This document shows positions 19,032 to 29,186 of a DNA stretch of 62,676 bases, in pieces. How positions within the stretch are numbered: position 1 is the first letter of the stretch; each line of letters starts with the position of its first letter. This DNA is from Fibrobacteria bacterium (GTDB taxonomy: Bacteria; Fibrobacterota; Fibrobacteria; UBA11236). A program made the position numbers and the translations under genes. Where the stretch lies: the NCBI GenBank assembly GCA_043745805.1, contig JAYTSD010000002.1, forward strand, positions 1 to 62,676, given 5' to 3'. Under the pieces are notes generated by a model that worked only from the letters and a program-made list of their open reading frames with translations, searched no databases and was not told where the DNA came from.

Positions 19032-21452
19032 ATGAAAATTGATTTAAAGCATTGGCGCTGGATATTATCGGGGTTAATATTTTTACTAAGTATTAGCTTT
19101 TGGTTTTTCTGTCTTCCTCGCCCTTTATTTAATACGCCCTATTCTACTGTAGTATTGGACAATGAAGGGCAATTATTAGGTGCAAAAATAGCCACGGATG
19201 GACAATGGCGTTTTCCTCTTATGGAAAAATGTCCAGTACGATTTGCACAAGCCGCATTAGCTTTTGAAGATCATCGTTTTTTTCATCATGTGGGTTTAGA
19301 TCCTTTCGCTGTAATTAGAGCTTTAAGACAAAATATTAAGTCTCGAAAAATTGTGAGCGGAGGTAGTACGCTGACTATGCAAGTGATTCGATTAGCGCGC
19401 AAATCTAAAAACCGAAATTTTGGCGAGAAAATGGTTGAGGCTTTATTGGCGCTGCGTTTGGAGTTAACTCATAGTAAGCAAAATATTTTGGCTTTATACG
19501 CTTCGCACGCTCCATTTGGAGGCAATGTAATTGGTGTTGAAACCGCAGCTTGGCGATATTATGGCCGTAGCGCGGAAAAACTTTCTTGGGGCGAAGCATC
19601 GCTTTTAGCGGTACTTCCCAATACACCAGGTTTTTTACATCCTGGACGTAACCGTGAATTGCTACAAAAAAAACGTGATCGCTTATTAACTCGATTATGG
19701 CAGCAGGGAATTATTGATAGTCAAACTTGTGCTTTAGCTTTACTGGAGCCTTTACCCGAAAAACCGATTCCGTTGCCTAGAAATGCTCCGCATTTGGTAG
19801 AGCGCTTAGCCTTGGAAAATATATCAGCTAAGCAAGTGACAAAACAAGTTGGCCTTTGGCATACCAGTATACGCAGCAATTTACAATTTAGGGCCGCGGA
19901 AATTTTACAAAGACATGGTCGGGAGTTGAGTCAGGCCGCCATTCATAATGCTGCCGTTCTGGTATTAAATACGAATACCGGCGCGGTATTAGCTTATTGT
20001 GGAAATATTACCGGTAACATTAATGATACGATAAATAAAGATAGGGGCCGCGAAGTAGATATTATTACTTCACACAGAAGTACGGGAAGTTTACTCAAAC
20101 CCTTTTTGTATGCGTCTTTATTAGATGCGGGTGAATTATTACCCGGCACTTTAATTCCAGATGTGCCTACCCAAATTGGAGATTATGCGCCGGAAAATTT
20201 TGACCGAGCTTATGAAGGGGCCGTGCCTGCGCGTATGGCATTAGCGCGTTCTTTGAATATCCCTGCGGTACGCATGCTGAAAGGTTATGGAGTAGAAAGA
20301 TTTTATCAAAAATTAAAAGATTTTGGCATGACCACCTTAGACAGGCCGGCGAATAATTATGGTTTGACTTTAGTATTAGGCGGAGCAGAAGGCTCATTAT
20401 GGGATTTATGTGGTATGTATGCTGGTTTAGCGCGAGAGGCATTATCTACTCCTAGCAATAAATCTGCGAACTCAATCTCCAATATTTTTTCACCACATTT
20501 TTTAAATGCAGGGACAAAAAGTATTAGTAACTCTAATGTTACGCATATTTCGCCGGTTGATGCCGCATCCGCATGGCTAACTTTTCAAGCCATGGCCGAG
20601 GTCTCTAGGCCCGATGGCGAAAAATATTGGCGCAATTTTACCTCAAGCCGTTGGGTAGCCTGGAAAACCGGAACGAGCTTTGGTTTTCGTGATGGTTGGG
20701 CTATTGGTGTTACACCAGAATTTGTGGTCGGTGTATGGGTGGGCAATGCAAATGGACAAGGTCGCCCGGGCTTAACTGGTATTCAAGTCGCCGCACCGAT
20801 TTTATTTGAAGTGTATAATTTACTTCCCGAAACATCTCGTTTCCCTATGCCCCAAATTAGCATGTCGCAAATTTTAGTTTGCCATGCTAGTGGCATGCGT
20901 GCAGGTCCAGATTGTCCGGTATTAGACAGTATATGCATTCCTACCAATGGTTTGCGTAGCGCGGCATGTTCCTTTCATCACTTAATTCATTTAGATGCTC
21001 AAGGAAATCAAGTGCATGATGGTTGTGAAAAGGTCGCCAATATGCGTCATGAATCATGGTTTGTATTACCTCCAACCCAAGAATGGTATTATCGCCAGCA
21101 TCATTCGGATTATTTGCCTTTGCCTCCATGGAGAAAAGATTGCGAAGATGGATCCACGCATTTAGCAAAGCCAAGATCCATGGATTTAATTTATCCAAAA
21201 TGGGGAGCTAAAATTTATGTGCCTATTGATTTGAATACGGAACATAGCCGAACAGTTTTTGAAGCGGTACATCGAGAACCAAATGCTATTATCTATTGGC
21301 ATTTAGATCAAAATTATCTTGGCCAAACTAAAGAATTTCATAAAATAGATCTGAATCCTGAGCCGGGTTTACATACTTTATTATTGGTCGATAATAAAGG
21401 CGAGCGACTGGAAAGAGTATTTGAGGTTTTGACTAAAGAGTCTGCAAAGTGA
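19032..21452 (+). CDS. pbpC: Penicillin-binding protein 1C
   Basis: FEDHRFFHH, GGSTLTMQ, SLLK, SLN, KTG; PBP1C C-terminal domain; follows A2M. Confidence 0.95.
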   Translation: MKIDLKHWRWILSGLIFLLSISFWFFCLPRPLFNTPYSTVVLDNEGQLLGAKIATDGQWRFPLMEKCPVRFAQAALAFEDHRFFHHVGLDPFAVIRALRQNIKSRKIVSGGSTLTMQVIRLARKSKNRNFGEKMVEALLALRLELTHSKQNILALYASHAPFGGNVIGVETAAWRYYGRSAEKLSWGEASLLAVLPNTPGFLHPGRNRELLQKKRDRLLTRLWQQGIIDSQTCALALLEPLPEKPIPLPRNAPHLVERLALENISAKQVTKQVGLWHTSIRSNLQFRAAEILQRHGRELSQAAIHNAAVLVLNTNTGAVLAYCGNITGNINDTINKDRGREVDIITSHRSTGSLLKPFLYASLLDAGELLPGTLIPDVPTQIGDYAPENFDRAYEGAVPARMALARSLNIPAVRMLKGYGVERFYQKLKDFGMTTLDRPANNYGLTLVLGGAEGSLWDLCGMYAGLAREALSTPSNKSANSISNIFSPHFLNAGTKSISNSNVTHISPVDAASAWLTFQAMAEVSRPDGEKYWRNFTSSRWVAWKTGTSFGFRDGWAIGVTPEFVVGVWVGNANGQGRPGLTGIQVAAPILFEVYNLLPETSRFPMPQISMSQILVCHASGMRAGPDCPVLDSICIPTNGLRSAACSFHHLIHLDAQGNQVHDGCEKVANMRHESWFVLPPTQEWYYRQHHSDYLPLPPWRKDCEDGSTHLAKPRSMDLIYPKWGAKIYVPIDLNTEHSRTVFEAVHREPNAIIYWHLDQNYLGQTKEFHKIDLNPEPGLHTLLLVDNKGERLERVFEVLTKESAK

Positions 21453-21458
21453 ACGCAA

Positions 21459-22103
21459 TTATTCCAATAAATACTCAGGAAAAAAATCCATACTTTTAAA
21501 TGTGCCATGCGCACCAGCCTCGATTAAACGATGCTCCGGAGTAAAAGCGGTATAACCATAAACTTGCATTCCAGCCGCTATTCCTGCTCGCACTCCCGTA
21601 GGCGTATCCTCAATCACGGCACAAGCGGAAGGTATAACACCAAAGGCACGAGCTGCCTGTAAATATAAATCCGGCGCAGGTTTGCCTTGAGCAACATCCG
21701 AAGCACTAAATTGTTTGCCCATAAAATTTGGCAATAAACCGGTAATTCCTAAAGTGGTCTGCATTTTTTCATGACTCCCATTAGACGCCACGCAATAGGG
21801 GATTTTCAGGGTAGATAAAACCTTATCAATCCCGACTACCATTTTTAATTCTTGTTCTAGGGCAATTTTACTTCGAGTATGATATTGCGCTAAAAAGCTT
21901 TCTGGCAAAGGGCGACCTATCATTTGTTCAATTTGTACAAAGCATTGTGCCATGGAATTGCCGACAAAATTTTCAAACATATAATCTAGATTAACCGGCA
22001 CACCGAGTTCGGTAATCATAGCTGCGAAAACCCTATTGGTGATGATTTCGCTATCGACTAAAACACCATCGCAGTCAAAAATGATTAATTCAATTTTTTT
22101 CAT
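21459..22103 (-). CDS. HAD-family phosphatase
   Basis: FDCDGVLVDSE, KPAPD, IEDTPTG. Confidence 0.92.
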   Translation of the reverse strand: MKKIELIIFDCDGVLVDSEIITNRVFAAMITELGVPVNLDYMFENFVGNSMAQCFVQIEQMIGRPLPESFLAQYHTRSKIALEQELKMVVGIDKVLSTLKIPYCVASNGSHEKMQTTLGITGLLPNFMGKQFSASDVAQGKPAPDLYLQAARAFGVIPSACAVIEDTPTGVRAGIAAGMQVYGYTAFTPEHRLIEAGAHGTFKSMDFFPEYLLE

Positions 22104-22175
22104 AGGAGAAAAATAGTTTAAGAATTTAATTAGTCATATTGCCGTTGGTTTTGACTTAAAGTCACAATCATAGCC

Positions 22176-22333
22176 GTGATTTATTCGAAAGGTGAAGAAG
22201 GTTTACAAGCCTTTGATATGACCAAGGCGATTAAAGAACAAGCCGACTATGTGGTGTTTAATGGTGCTGTGGGCGCTGTCGCTGGATCAAAATCAATTAC
22301 TGCTAAACTGGGCGAAAAGGCACGCTTATACTT
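22176..22333 (+). pseudogene. nirK: Internal fragment of copper nitrite reductase (AniA-type)
   Basis: GLQAFDMTKAIKEQADYVVFNGAVGAVAGSKSITAKLGEKARLY resembles the AniA/NirK segment GLQPFDM..A......YVVFNG.VG...A..GE.VR.Y; no Cu-ligand regions on either side. Confidence 0.8.
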
Positions 22334-22409
22334 ATATAGTAGTCATTTGCGCGAAACGCGCTTCAACATTCTTGATGTTTAAAATATCCAGTAAGGAATT
22401 GAGATAAAA

Positions 22410-23255
22410 ATGAAGAATAAATATTTTTTTATATCGCTGGCCATGCTTTGTGCACAGATGGTTAATGCCGCAGAATATGTTGTACACAAAGTTGTGGTTG
22501 ATTTATCAAAAGTGCCTATTGTACGCGCTGATTATTGGCAAGGCGTAGAAGAAATTAATTTGAATTTAATGGCACAAATGATAGTAAAGCCAAATTCCAA
22601 TAAAGCAGAAACGGATAAAGTCATTGTGCAAATCCTGCACGATGGAAAATATATTGCCTATCGGTTACGTTGGAAAGATAAGGAGATATCGAAGTCGGGA
22701 AAGCTCGGTGAATTTTCAGATGCCATAGCTTTGGAGTTTCCTGTTTTGGACAATGCCAATCCTCCACCCATTTTTATGGGCGCTGCAAAAAATCCGGTGC
22801 ATATTTTTCATTGGCGCGCAATTTATGAATACGACAAGGAAAATGCTAATAAAAGCGTGAAGGTTAATTGCTCCAAATCTAGTTTGGAGATTACTCCGAA
22901 TGAATGTGCTGATAGTTGTAGGGTGACTTCTTCCTCCGGCGATAGAAAGAAAGTTTTTACTTCTGATATTGATTGTGTTAATACTCAATCTAGTCCTAAA
23001 AAAACGGTTGATGAAATGTTAGCCGAAGGCTTTGGAAGCTCGGTAATTATTGAAGGAAATGGTACGGTAGGTCGAGGGGAATGGAAAAATGGAGAATGGA
23101 TCGTGGTGATTTCACGCCCCCTAAATTGTCCCAATGGATCAAAAATAGAAGTCGGAAAGAGTTCGGCCTTTGGTTTGGCTGTTTGGCAGGGCGGGCTTGG
23201 TGAAGTGGGGTCTAGGAAATCTATTACTATGGTCTGGATGCCGTTTAAAATGTAG
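22410..23255 (+). CDS. Ethylbenzene dehydrogenase-related (EbdC-like) heme b subunit of DMSO-reductase family type II enzymes
   Basis: Signal peptide, RLRWKD, DAIALEFP, IFMG...VHIFHWRA, AVWQG...GSRKS with candidate Met/Lys ligands. Confidence 0.8.
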   Translation: MKNKYFFISLAMLCAQMVNAAEYVVHKVVVDLSKVPIVRADYWQGVEEINLNLMAQMIVKPNSNKAETDKVIVQILHDGKYIAYRLRWKDKEISKSGKLGEFSDAIALEFPVLDNANPPPIFMGAAKNPVHIFHWRAIYEYDKENANKSVKVNCSKSSLEITPNECADSCRVTSSSGDRKKVFTSDIDCVNTQSSPKKTVDEMLAEGFGSSVIIEGNGTVGRGEWKNGEWIVVISRPLNCPNGSKIEVGKSSAFGLAVWQGGLGEVGSRKSITMVWMPFKM

Positions 23256-23263
23256 GGCAATAT

Positions 23264-23434
23264 ATGAAAACTGTGGAACGAGGCACGTTGCCTTTGGATA
23301 AAGTGTATTATATGACCGAAGAAGATATTCTTGCTCATAAAGTCACAAATACATTAATGTGTTATGGTCAAATTAATTTCAATCCAAGATTAAGGGTGTC
23401 GGAGGCTCTAGCAAGCTTCTCTCAAGTGATATGA
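23264..23434 (+). CDS. Small ORF (56 aa, MKTVERGTLPLDKVYY...), possibly a truncated gene
   Basis: ATG 8 nt after upstream stop; stop overlaps the next ATG; absent from ORF track, presumably below its size cutoff. Confidence 0.3.
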   Translation: MKTVERGTLPLDKVYYMTEEDILAHKVTNTLMCYGQINFNPRLRVSEALASFSQVI

Positions 23435-24210
23435 ATGAAAACCCTAAAAATGAAGAACCTTTGTCCAATGATGAAAAATATTCATCGCCAGTAGCTCCTT
23501 TACATAAAATCCATAAAAACCTCGCAGCCGAACAAGGCTCCTTAGAAACCCTAAAGCAAATTAGTCCCATTTCTTATACTTTTGAAAGATTTTTTCATTG
23601 GGGAAGTCGCGCTTCTTTGGAAAGACTTTTCGGACCCTCACGGGTAGAGATTCAAGAAAATTTTCATAAAGCGACTGATAGACGTCACGCGGCGAGAGCC
23701 AGAGGTAAACGCATTGAAACTTATTTATCAGTTTGGATTTTAATAGAATTCGCGACTATAAGTTTTGGAACTCTATGCCTTAATCGATGGGTAACCTACA
23801 TGTTTATTGTAGCATCTATATTACGCATCGCTGATATTATTCAAATAACAGGTAATCATAGTTTGTTTGACAGACTAAAATTTTCATGGCATCATTATTA
23901 TATCGAAAATACCGTACGTACCATATTACTTTCTCTGATTAATTATGTGGAGCTCATCGTTTGTTTTGGGTACTTATACTGTATTATTGGAAGAAATAAA
24001 CATTTTTTGCATTTTAAAGATTCTCCTTTCGATGGTTATTATTTTAGTGGTTCCACCCAACTGACTATTGGTTATGGTGATATTATTCCTTCTGGTCCAG
24101 TAAAATATTTGGCATTATTCCAAGCTTTTATTGGCTTTCTTTTTACCATCCTCATTTTGGGAAGATATATTTCCTTGCTTCCTGAATCCAAAGAAGATGC
24201 CGAACCCTAA
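23431..24210 (+). CDS. Potassium channel family protein
   Basis: Pore signature YFSGSTQLTIGYGDIIP between TM helices. Confidence 0.85.
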   Translation: MNENPKNEEPLSNDEKYSSPVAPLHKIHKNLAAEQGSLETLKQISPISYTFERFFHWGSRASLERLFGPSRVEIQENFHKATDRRHAARARGKRIETYLSVWILIEFATISFGTLCLNRWVTYMFIVASILRIADIIQITGNHSLFDRLKFSWHHYYIENTVRTILLSLINYVELIVCFGYLYCIIGRNKHFLHFKDSPFDGYYFSGSTQLTIGYGDIIPSGPVKYLALFQAFIGFLFTILILGRYISLLPESKEDAEP

Positions 24211-24302
24211 TGCGTCGCTTTCAGGCATAACAAGATTTGGGATTTCCCTAATTCACCAAATAAACCAACACAAATATTTTACCAGTTATTAAACTTTGGG
24301 AC

Positions 24303-26057
24303 ATGAGATCTCGAGTTTTCAAGTTACTTTCCAATTTAGGGCAATCAGGAATTCACCCTGGCCTTAATCCGAATTTAGCCCATAATTTATTGATTACAAA
24401 TTACGCCTCTATGGTGCATGTTTTCGCCACCGCACCTTATTTCTTTATTTTTTTAGCCATGAAGGCTCCGGTACTAGCCATAATGGTGATCCCGCTCACG
24501 CTTTTTTATGCGAGTGTAACATTCCAAAACAAATTGGGTTTTTATAATTTTTCTCGCGTCGCTTTAATTACCGTAACCAATGGGAACATTTATTTTTATT
24601 CTGCTTCCTTAGGTCAATCGGCCTCTATTCAAAGCGTGTTCTTTTTCACATTAGTTGTTCCACTGATTTTATTGCATACATCCGAATGGGGTAAAATAAT
24701 TTTTTGCGTACTTCAACCCATTCTGCTTTGGAGTTTGTTGGGTATCAAGGGGTCTTGGTTTATTCCCCATACTGTATTGAGTCAATCGGCAATGAGTTTT
24801 ATGAGTCCCGCGATTAGTATTACTACAGCGATATTACTTTTTATTTGCTGTTTTTTTGTTTTCACCACCTATCAAAAAAGTGAGTTAAGATTAATTTTGG
24901 CAAAGGAAGCCGCAGAAATAAGTAGTAAAACAAAAGACGAGTTTTTAGCTACCATCAGTCATGAAATTCGCACGCCAATGAATGGCATTTTGGGAACGCT
25001 ACAAATACTGCTTCGTATGCATCCCACACCAATGCAAAAAGACTACCTGATGATCATGAAATCATCGGGAGATATTTTATCGAAAGCCTTAAATGACATT
25101 CTCGATTTTTCAAAATTAAAATCCAAAAATATAAAACTCGAAGAAGTTGCTTTTGATATTCGTGAGATCATTAAAGTGGGGATACAATTATTTGAAAAAG
25201 AAGCCTTAGAAAAAGGCCTAAAATTGGGTTTTATAATTCAGGATAACTGCCCTGTATGGGTGATAGGCGATAAAATTCGTTATACTCAAGTAGTTATAAA
25301 TCTTTTAAATAATGCGATTAAATTTACCGCAACTGGAAGTATCTCGGTTGCCTTACAAAAAACTGGAGGAGATGATTTAACACCTGAGTTAACATTAAGC
25401 ATTAAAGATTCGGGGATTGGAATTGCGCAAATTGATATGCCAAAACTTTTTGTGGAATTTAGTCAAGTGGATGGTTCGTCAAAAAGAAAGTATGGTGGAT
25501 CCGGATTGGGCTTGGTAATATGCAAAAAATTGGCCATACAAATGGGTGGGAATATAACAGTTGAAAGCATAGTGGATATAGGCAGCACCTTCTTTTTTTC
25601 AGTAATAATTCCCGTTAGTACTCAAGTACAGGCTGAGGACAAAACTGAAAAAAACTTTGCGTCAATACGAGTTCCAAAATTTTCAGGCTTAAGTGCTTTA
25701 GTGATTGAAGACAATAAAACCAATCAAATCATAGCTAGAAAGTTATTGGAAAAACTTGGATTAACAGTTTCTATTGCAGAGAATGGTAAAGATGGTTTAG
25801 ATAAAATCAAAGTCGCAAAATTTGATTTGATTTTTATGGATTGCCAAATGCCAGTCATGGATGGTTACGAAGCCACGGACGCAATACGTAACCTACATGG
25901 TCCAGAAAAAGATTTACCTATTATTGCTTTAACAGCCAATAATATGGAGGGGGACAGAGAAAAATGTTTAGCAGCGGGTATGAATGAATATTTAGCTAAA
26001 CCCCTTCAAATTCCTGAAATGATAAAAGTGATTAGCAAATTTACACCTCTCACTTAA
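24303..26057 (+). CDS. Membrane hybrid histidine kinase with receiver domain
   Basis: 5-6 TM helices, ISHEIRTPMNG, NAIKFT, DSGIG, GSGLGL, FMDCQMP. Confidence 0.95.
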   Translation: MRSRVFKLLSNLGQSGIHPGLNPNLAHNLLITNYASMVHVFATAPYFFIFLAMKAPVLAIMVIPLTLFYASVTFQNKLGFYNFSRVALITVTNGNIYFYSASLGQSASIQSVFFFTLVVPLILLHTSEWGKIIFCVLQPILLWSLLGIKGSWFIPHTVLSQSAMSFMSPAISITTAILLFICCFFVFTTYQKSELRLILAKEAAEISSKTKDEFLATISHEIRTPMNGILGTLQILLRMHPTPMQKDYLMIMKSSGDILSKALNDILDFSKLKSKNIKLEEVAFDIREIIKVGIQLFEKEALEKGLKLGFIIQDNCPVWVIGDKIRYTQVVINLLNNAIKFTATGSISVALQKTGGDDLTPELTLSIKDSGIGIAQIDMPKLFVEFSQVDGSSKRKYGGSGLGLVICKKLAIQMGGNITVESIVDIGSTFFFSVIIPVSTQVQAEDKTEKNFASIRVPKFSGLSALVIEDNKTNQIIARKLLEKLGLTVSIAENGKDGLDKIKVAKFDLIFMDCQMPVMDGYEATDAIRNLHGPEKDLPIIALTANNMEGDREKCLAAGMNEYLAKPLQIPEMIKVISKFTPLT

Positions 26058-26827
26058 CCAATATATGCTAATTCCAATTCGGATTTCTGCAAATAGTGTT
26101 CACGATATTGTTTCGGTGATTTACCAATTATTTTTGTAAAATAGCGAGTAAAATGACTATGGTCATAATGGCCTGTTTGAAAGGCAATCCAAGCAATAGA
26201 TTTTTCGCCTTCCATTAAGTACTGGCATGCTGCTTCGAAGCGTACAGTTTGAATGTACTCTGTAACGGTAACTTGAAAACACTGTTTAAAGCGCCTTTCA
26301 AATTGGCTTACGGAGAGGGTTGCTAATTCAGCAAGTTTTTTTATACTAAAGCTCTGATTATAATTTGCCAAAATGTAATCCACCGAAGCAGACATCTCCA
26401 TGAATGGCTTAAAAGATTTTTGTGATTTTTTCATGTCGCGGGAAAATCCAACTAATCCAATAATTTTATTTTGGTGGTTAAAAATTGGAATTTTGTTGGT
26501 GCTATACCAATCAATTTCTCCTTTAGAATTTCTACTTAGCTCCATACGATTGATAATGGTTTTTCCCATCAAAAAAACCTGCTTATCATCGCGCTCATAA
26601 CTCTCGGCCAAATGTTTTGGAAAAACTTCGTGGTCGGTTTTCCCCAAAATATCAGATTCTTGCGCTATGCCGATTAAATCCAATAATGCATGATTCATGG
26701 CCATAAAACGACCGGCTATGTCCTTCACGAAAAAATAATAGTCCGGAATATATTCAAATAGTCCCATAGCCGATGGAGTGGTGGCTATGTGTTTAAAAAA
26801 GTTTTCGCGTAAATTTTCTTCTTGCAT
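26054..26827 (-). CDS. PAS-domain AraC-family regulator
   Basis: FFVKDIAGRF PAS segment; SVSQFERRFK and GHYDHSHFTRYF HTH motifs. Confidence 0.92.
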   Translation of the reverse strand: MQEENLRENFFKHIATTPSAMGLFEYIPDYYFFVKDIAGRFMAMNHALLDLIGIAQESDILGKTDHEVFPKHLAESYERDDKQVFLMGKTIINRMELSRNSKGEIDWYSTNKIPIFNHQNKIIGLVGFSRDMKKSQKSFKPFMEMSASVDYILANYNQSFSIKKLAELATLSVSQFERRFKQCFQVTVTEYIQTVRFEAACQYLMEGEKSIAWIAFQTGHYDHSHFTRYFTKIIGKSPKQYREHYLQKSELELAYIG

Positions 26828-26908
26828 AAGCCAACTCTTTTCAGAATTAAAATGGTCTCGTACAAGATATTTAAAATGCCTAAATTATACAAATAAAAAG
26901 CATCAGAA

Positions 26909-27193
26909 TTAAACCATAGTTTTGGCAATTTCTATAACTTCATCGCTTTCTAAGGATTTTTTAAGTAAGCGATCGGTTTCATTGCGATAATCTACGCTGG
27001 CATTTCCATTTTTCTGTATACGCAAGCGCTGTACTACTTTATCAATGGTTGTCCATTCTGGGCCGCTTAATACCTCATCCAAGCCGTTCTTTTGTGTAAG
27101 TACCCATTTGTCCAAATCGCCATTAAAATCTTGATATCTTTGCATTTTCTCTTTAGTAATCATGAGTTGTTTTTCCTTTGAGTTTTCAAACAA
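26909..27193 (-). CDS. Hypothetical protein (start may be at MITKEK)
   Basis: 94 aa ORF with protein-like composition filling the gap. Confidence 0.65.
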   Translation of the reverse strand: MFENSKEKQLMITKEKMQRYQDFNGDLDKWVLTQKNGLDEVLSGPEWTTIDKVVQRLRIQKNGNASVDYRNETDRLLKKSLESDEVIEIAKTMV

Positions 27194-27405
27194 GCGTTTC
27201 GTTGGTCTAATATAGGTTCATTTACAAGATTTATATCCAAATTCTGGATAATAAATAGAGATTCCATCCTTTGGGGTAGGGAGAAAAGGTAATGATTTCG
27301 ATGGTAATATTAATGTTACGATACCGTGACTTTTATTCACGGCTCGGAGATTTCGGGATTTGTACCCCGCGATTTATTTCACAAAATATTTATTTATCGA
27401 TATGA

Positions 27406-28122
27406 TTATCCACTACAAATATCCACCTTACCGGATACTGAAATTTCTGATCCATCTGCTAAAAATACGGAGTTCGGTTTCATGCCCTGTAAGAGTGCAA
27501 ATTTTTCGCCATAAATTCCTGCAAAGTCAAAATCAATTCTAAAGTCTTTAACCTCATGAATATGCCAGATAGGATGCTTTACTTGGTATTCATAAGTTTT
27601 TTGTGAGTTAACCTGAGTGTAACCCCAATAATGTTCATAGATAAATTCTTCCATCGAGCCGGCTTTGATCATTTCCGCGTTAGCATTAGCAATTACATTT
27701 AATTCCGACCATTTCTTTATGTTTTGTACAGCATAGTTGATTTCTAAATATTTATTCAAAGCATATCTATGTCGAGTAGGTAAGGTTTGATAATTTTCCT
27801 TATATAAGGTATTGGCGACTGCGGTAATCATTGGCTTGGGCACGATTTCTTTGATAAAAGTCACACCCCTTTTGATTTCTCCCGTATCAGTTTTATGCAG
27901 ACAATAAATTCTTAAATTTATTTCTTCGAAGCTAGCATGAAAGGGAATTTTTAAGCCTAGTATTTTTGTTTTATCAAAAAGAAAACCTACGAGACTGATA
28001 AAACATTTGCCTTGCCATAAATCCAATTCCGTACGATAGGGTAAATATTCTTTCACTAACTCGGCATCAATGAGATAGTTAGCGGCGATGAGGTTTTTCC
28101 AATGAGCAGTGAGAAAAGGCAT
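27406..28122 (-). CDS. DUF2071/YqjF family protein
   Basis: FLTAHWKNL, FEEINLR, GVTFIKE, EHYWGY. Confidence 0.88.
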   Translation of the reverse strand: MPFLTAHWKNLIAANYLIDAELVKEYLPYRTELDLWQGKCFISLVGFLFDKTKILGLKIPFHASFEEINLRIYCLHKTDTGEIKRGVTFIKEIVPKPMITAVANTLYKENYQTLPTRHRYALNKYLEINYAVQNIKKWSELNVIANANAEMIKAGSMEEFIYEHYWGYTQVNSQKTYEYQVKHPIWHIHEVKDFRIDFDFAGIYGEKFALLQGMKPNSVFLADGSEISVSGKVDICSG

Positions 28123-28688
28123 TACAAATTAACAGCTATTTTAATATGCTCTAGATGATTTCGCCCATGCCATGAATAAATAGCCACATGCTGGAATAGT
28201 GCTGTAACCTTCTGGCTACCCGGATGATAAAAGGTACGTTTCCATTGTTCTTCATAGAGCGACTCCATCACATAAGCCCATTTTGTATGCAAAGCCTGCA
28301 ATAGGGCCAATGTCGGCTCAATCATTTTTTCGTCATAATCTGCAAGCAAAGCCCATTCTTGCTCTTCATACGGTTTGATGGTGGGATTTAATTCAGTTAA
28401 GGCAAGCTTGAGGCGGCAATATCCATTCATATGACTGTCCACTATATGATGTAACACCTGTAATCCGGTCCAACCATTTTCACGATATTTGTTTTGCAAT
28501 TTTTCCATGTCAATATGTTTTAATAGTTGCATTACTTGGTTGGGAAGATCGGCAATGTCTTTAATTTGTTGTGCAATTTCTTTAGGATTATAAATGCTGG
28601 GAAAAGGTGATTCGCCGAGTGGATACTTCAGGTTATAGTCTTTTTCATTTTCCATAAGTATTCCTTTTTTTATTCTTGATTCACTCAA
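28122..28688 (-). CDS. YfiT/DinB-family (bacillithiol transferase-like) protein
   Basis: YRENGWT..QVLHHIVDSH, PTIKPYEE, YSWHGRNH. Confidence 0.9.
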   Translation of the reverse strand: MSESRIKKGILMENEKDYNLKYPLGESPFPSIYNPKEIAQQIKDIADLPNQVMQLLKHIDMEKLQNKYRENGWTGLQVLHHIVDSHMNGYCRLKLALTELNPTIKPYEEQEWALLADYDEKMIEPTLALLQALHTKWAYVMESLYEEQWKRTFYHPGSQKVTALFQHVAIYSWHGRNHLEHIKIAVNL

Positions 28689-28723
28689 TCGCCATGACTT
28701 TTCGGCATGGAAATCACTAAAAA

Positions 28724-29011
28724 TTACACATCGTTATTGGATACATTTTTGAATTTATGGGTAATGCCAGGTGGAACTTCAATGCCTTGCCCTGCTGACA
28801 AGGCATTCTTGACCACTTCCATTTCAATTTCGGTTTGGCCGCTCAAAATATAAAAGAATTGTCGAGATACCTTATGAAAGTGGGCTATTTCCATTCCACC
28901 AGGTGGTACACGTTCTTTAATAATGGACAAATCATCTCTTTTTAAAAAATGCCAGCCGTCACAATTTTGTCTCCAATTATAATGCTCAGCGTTTTGCAGG
29001 TCGATAATCAT
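28724..29011 (-). CDS. Cupin domain protein (C-terminus may be short)
   Basis: NAEHYNW...CDGW, HFHKVSRQFFYIL, PPGITH. Confidence 0.85.
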   Translation of the reverse strand: MIIDLQNAEHYNWRQNCDGWHFLKRDDLSIIKERVPPGGMEIAHFHKVSRQFFYILSGQTEIEMEVVKNALSAGQGIEVPPGITHKFKNVSNNDV

Positions 29012-29186
29012 ACCATTATAAATTAAAAAATATGGTCACTATTGTGGCTAGGTTTTTGGCTAAAATCCGTTTCCATAATTAATTATGGAGTAATATATTG
29101 CCGTGTTATTTTTTTGTTGAAATCAAAATTTGGTCCGAAGGGTCAATTTATATCGCAGCTTCGGCGACAAGCGTTTTAAAATTTAA

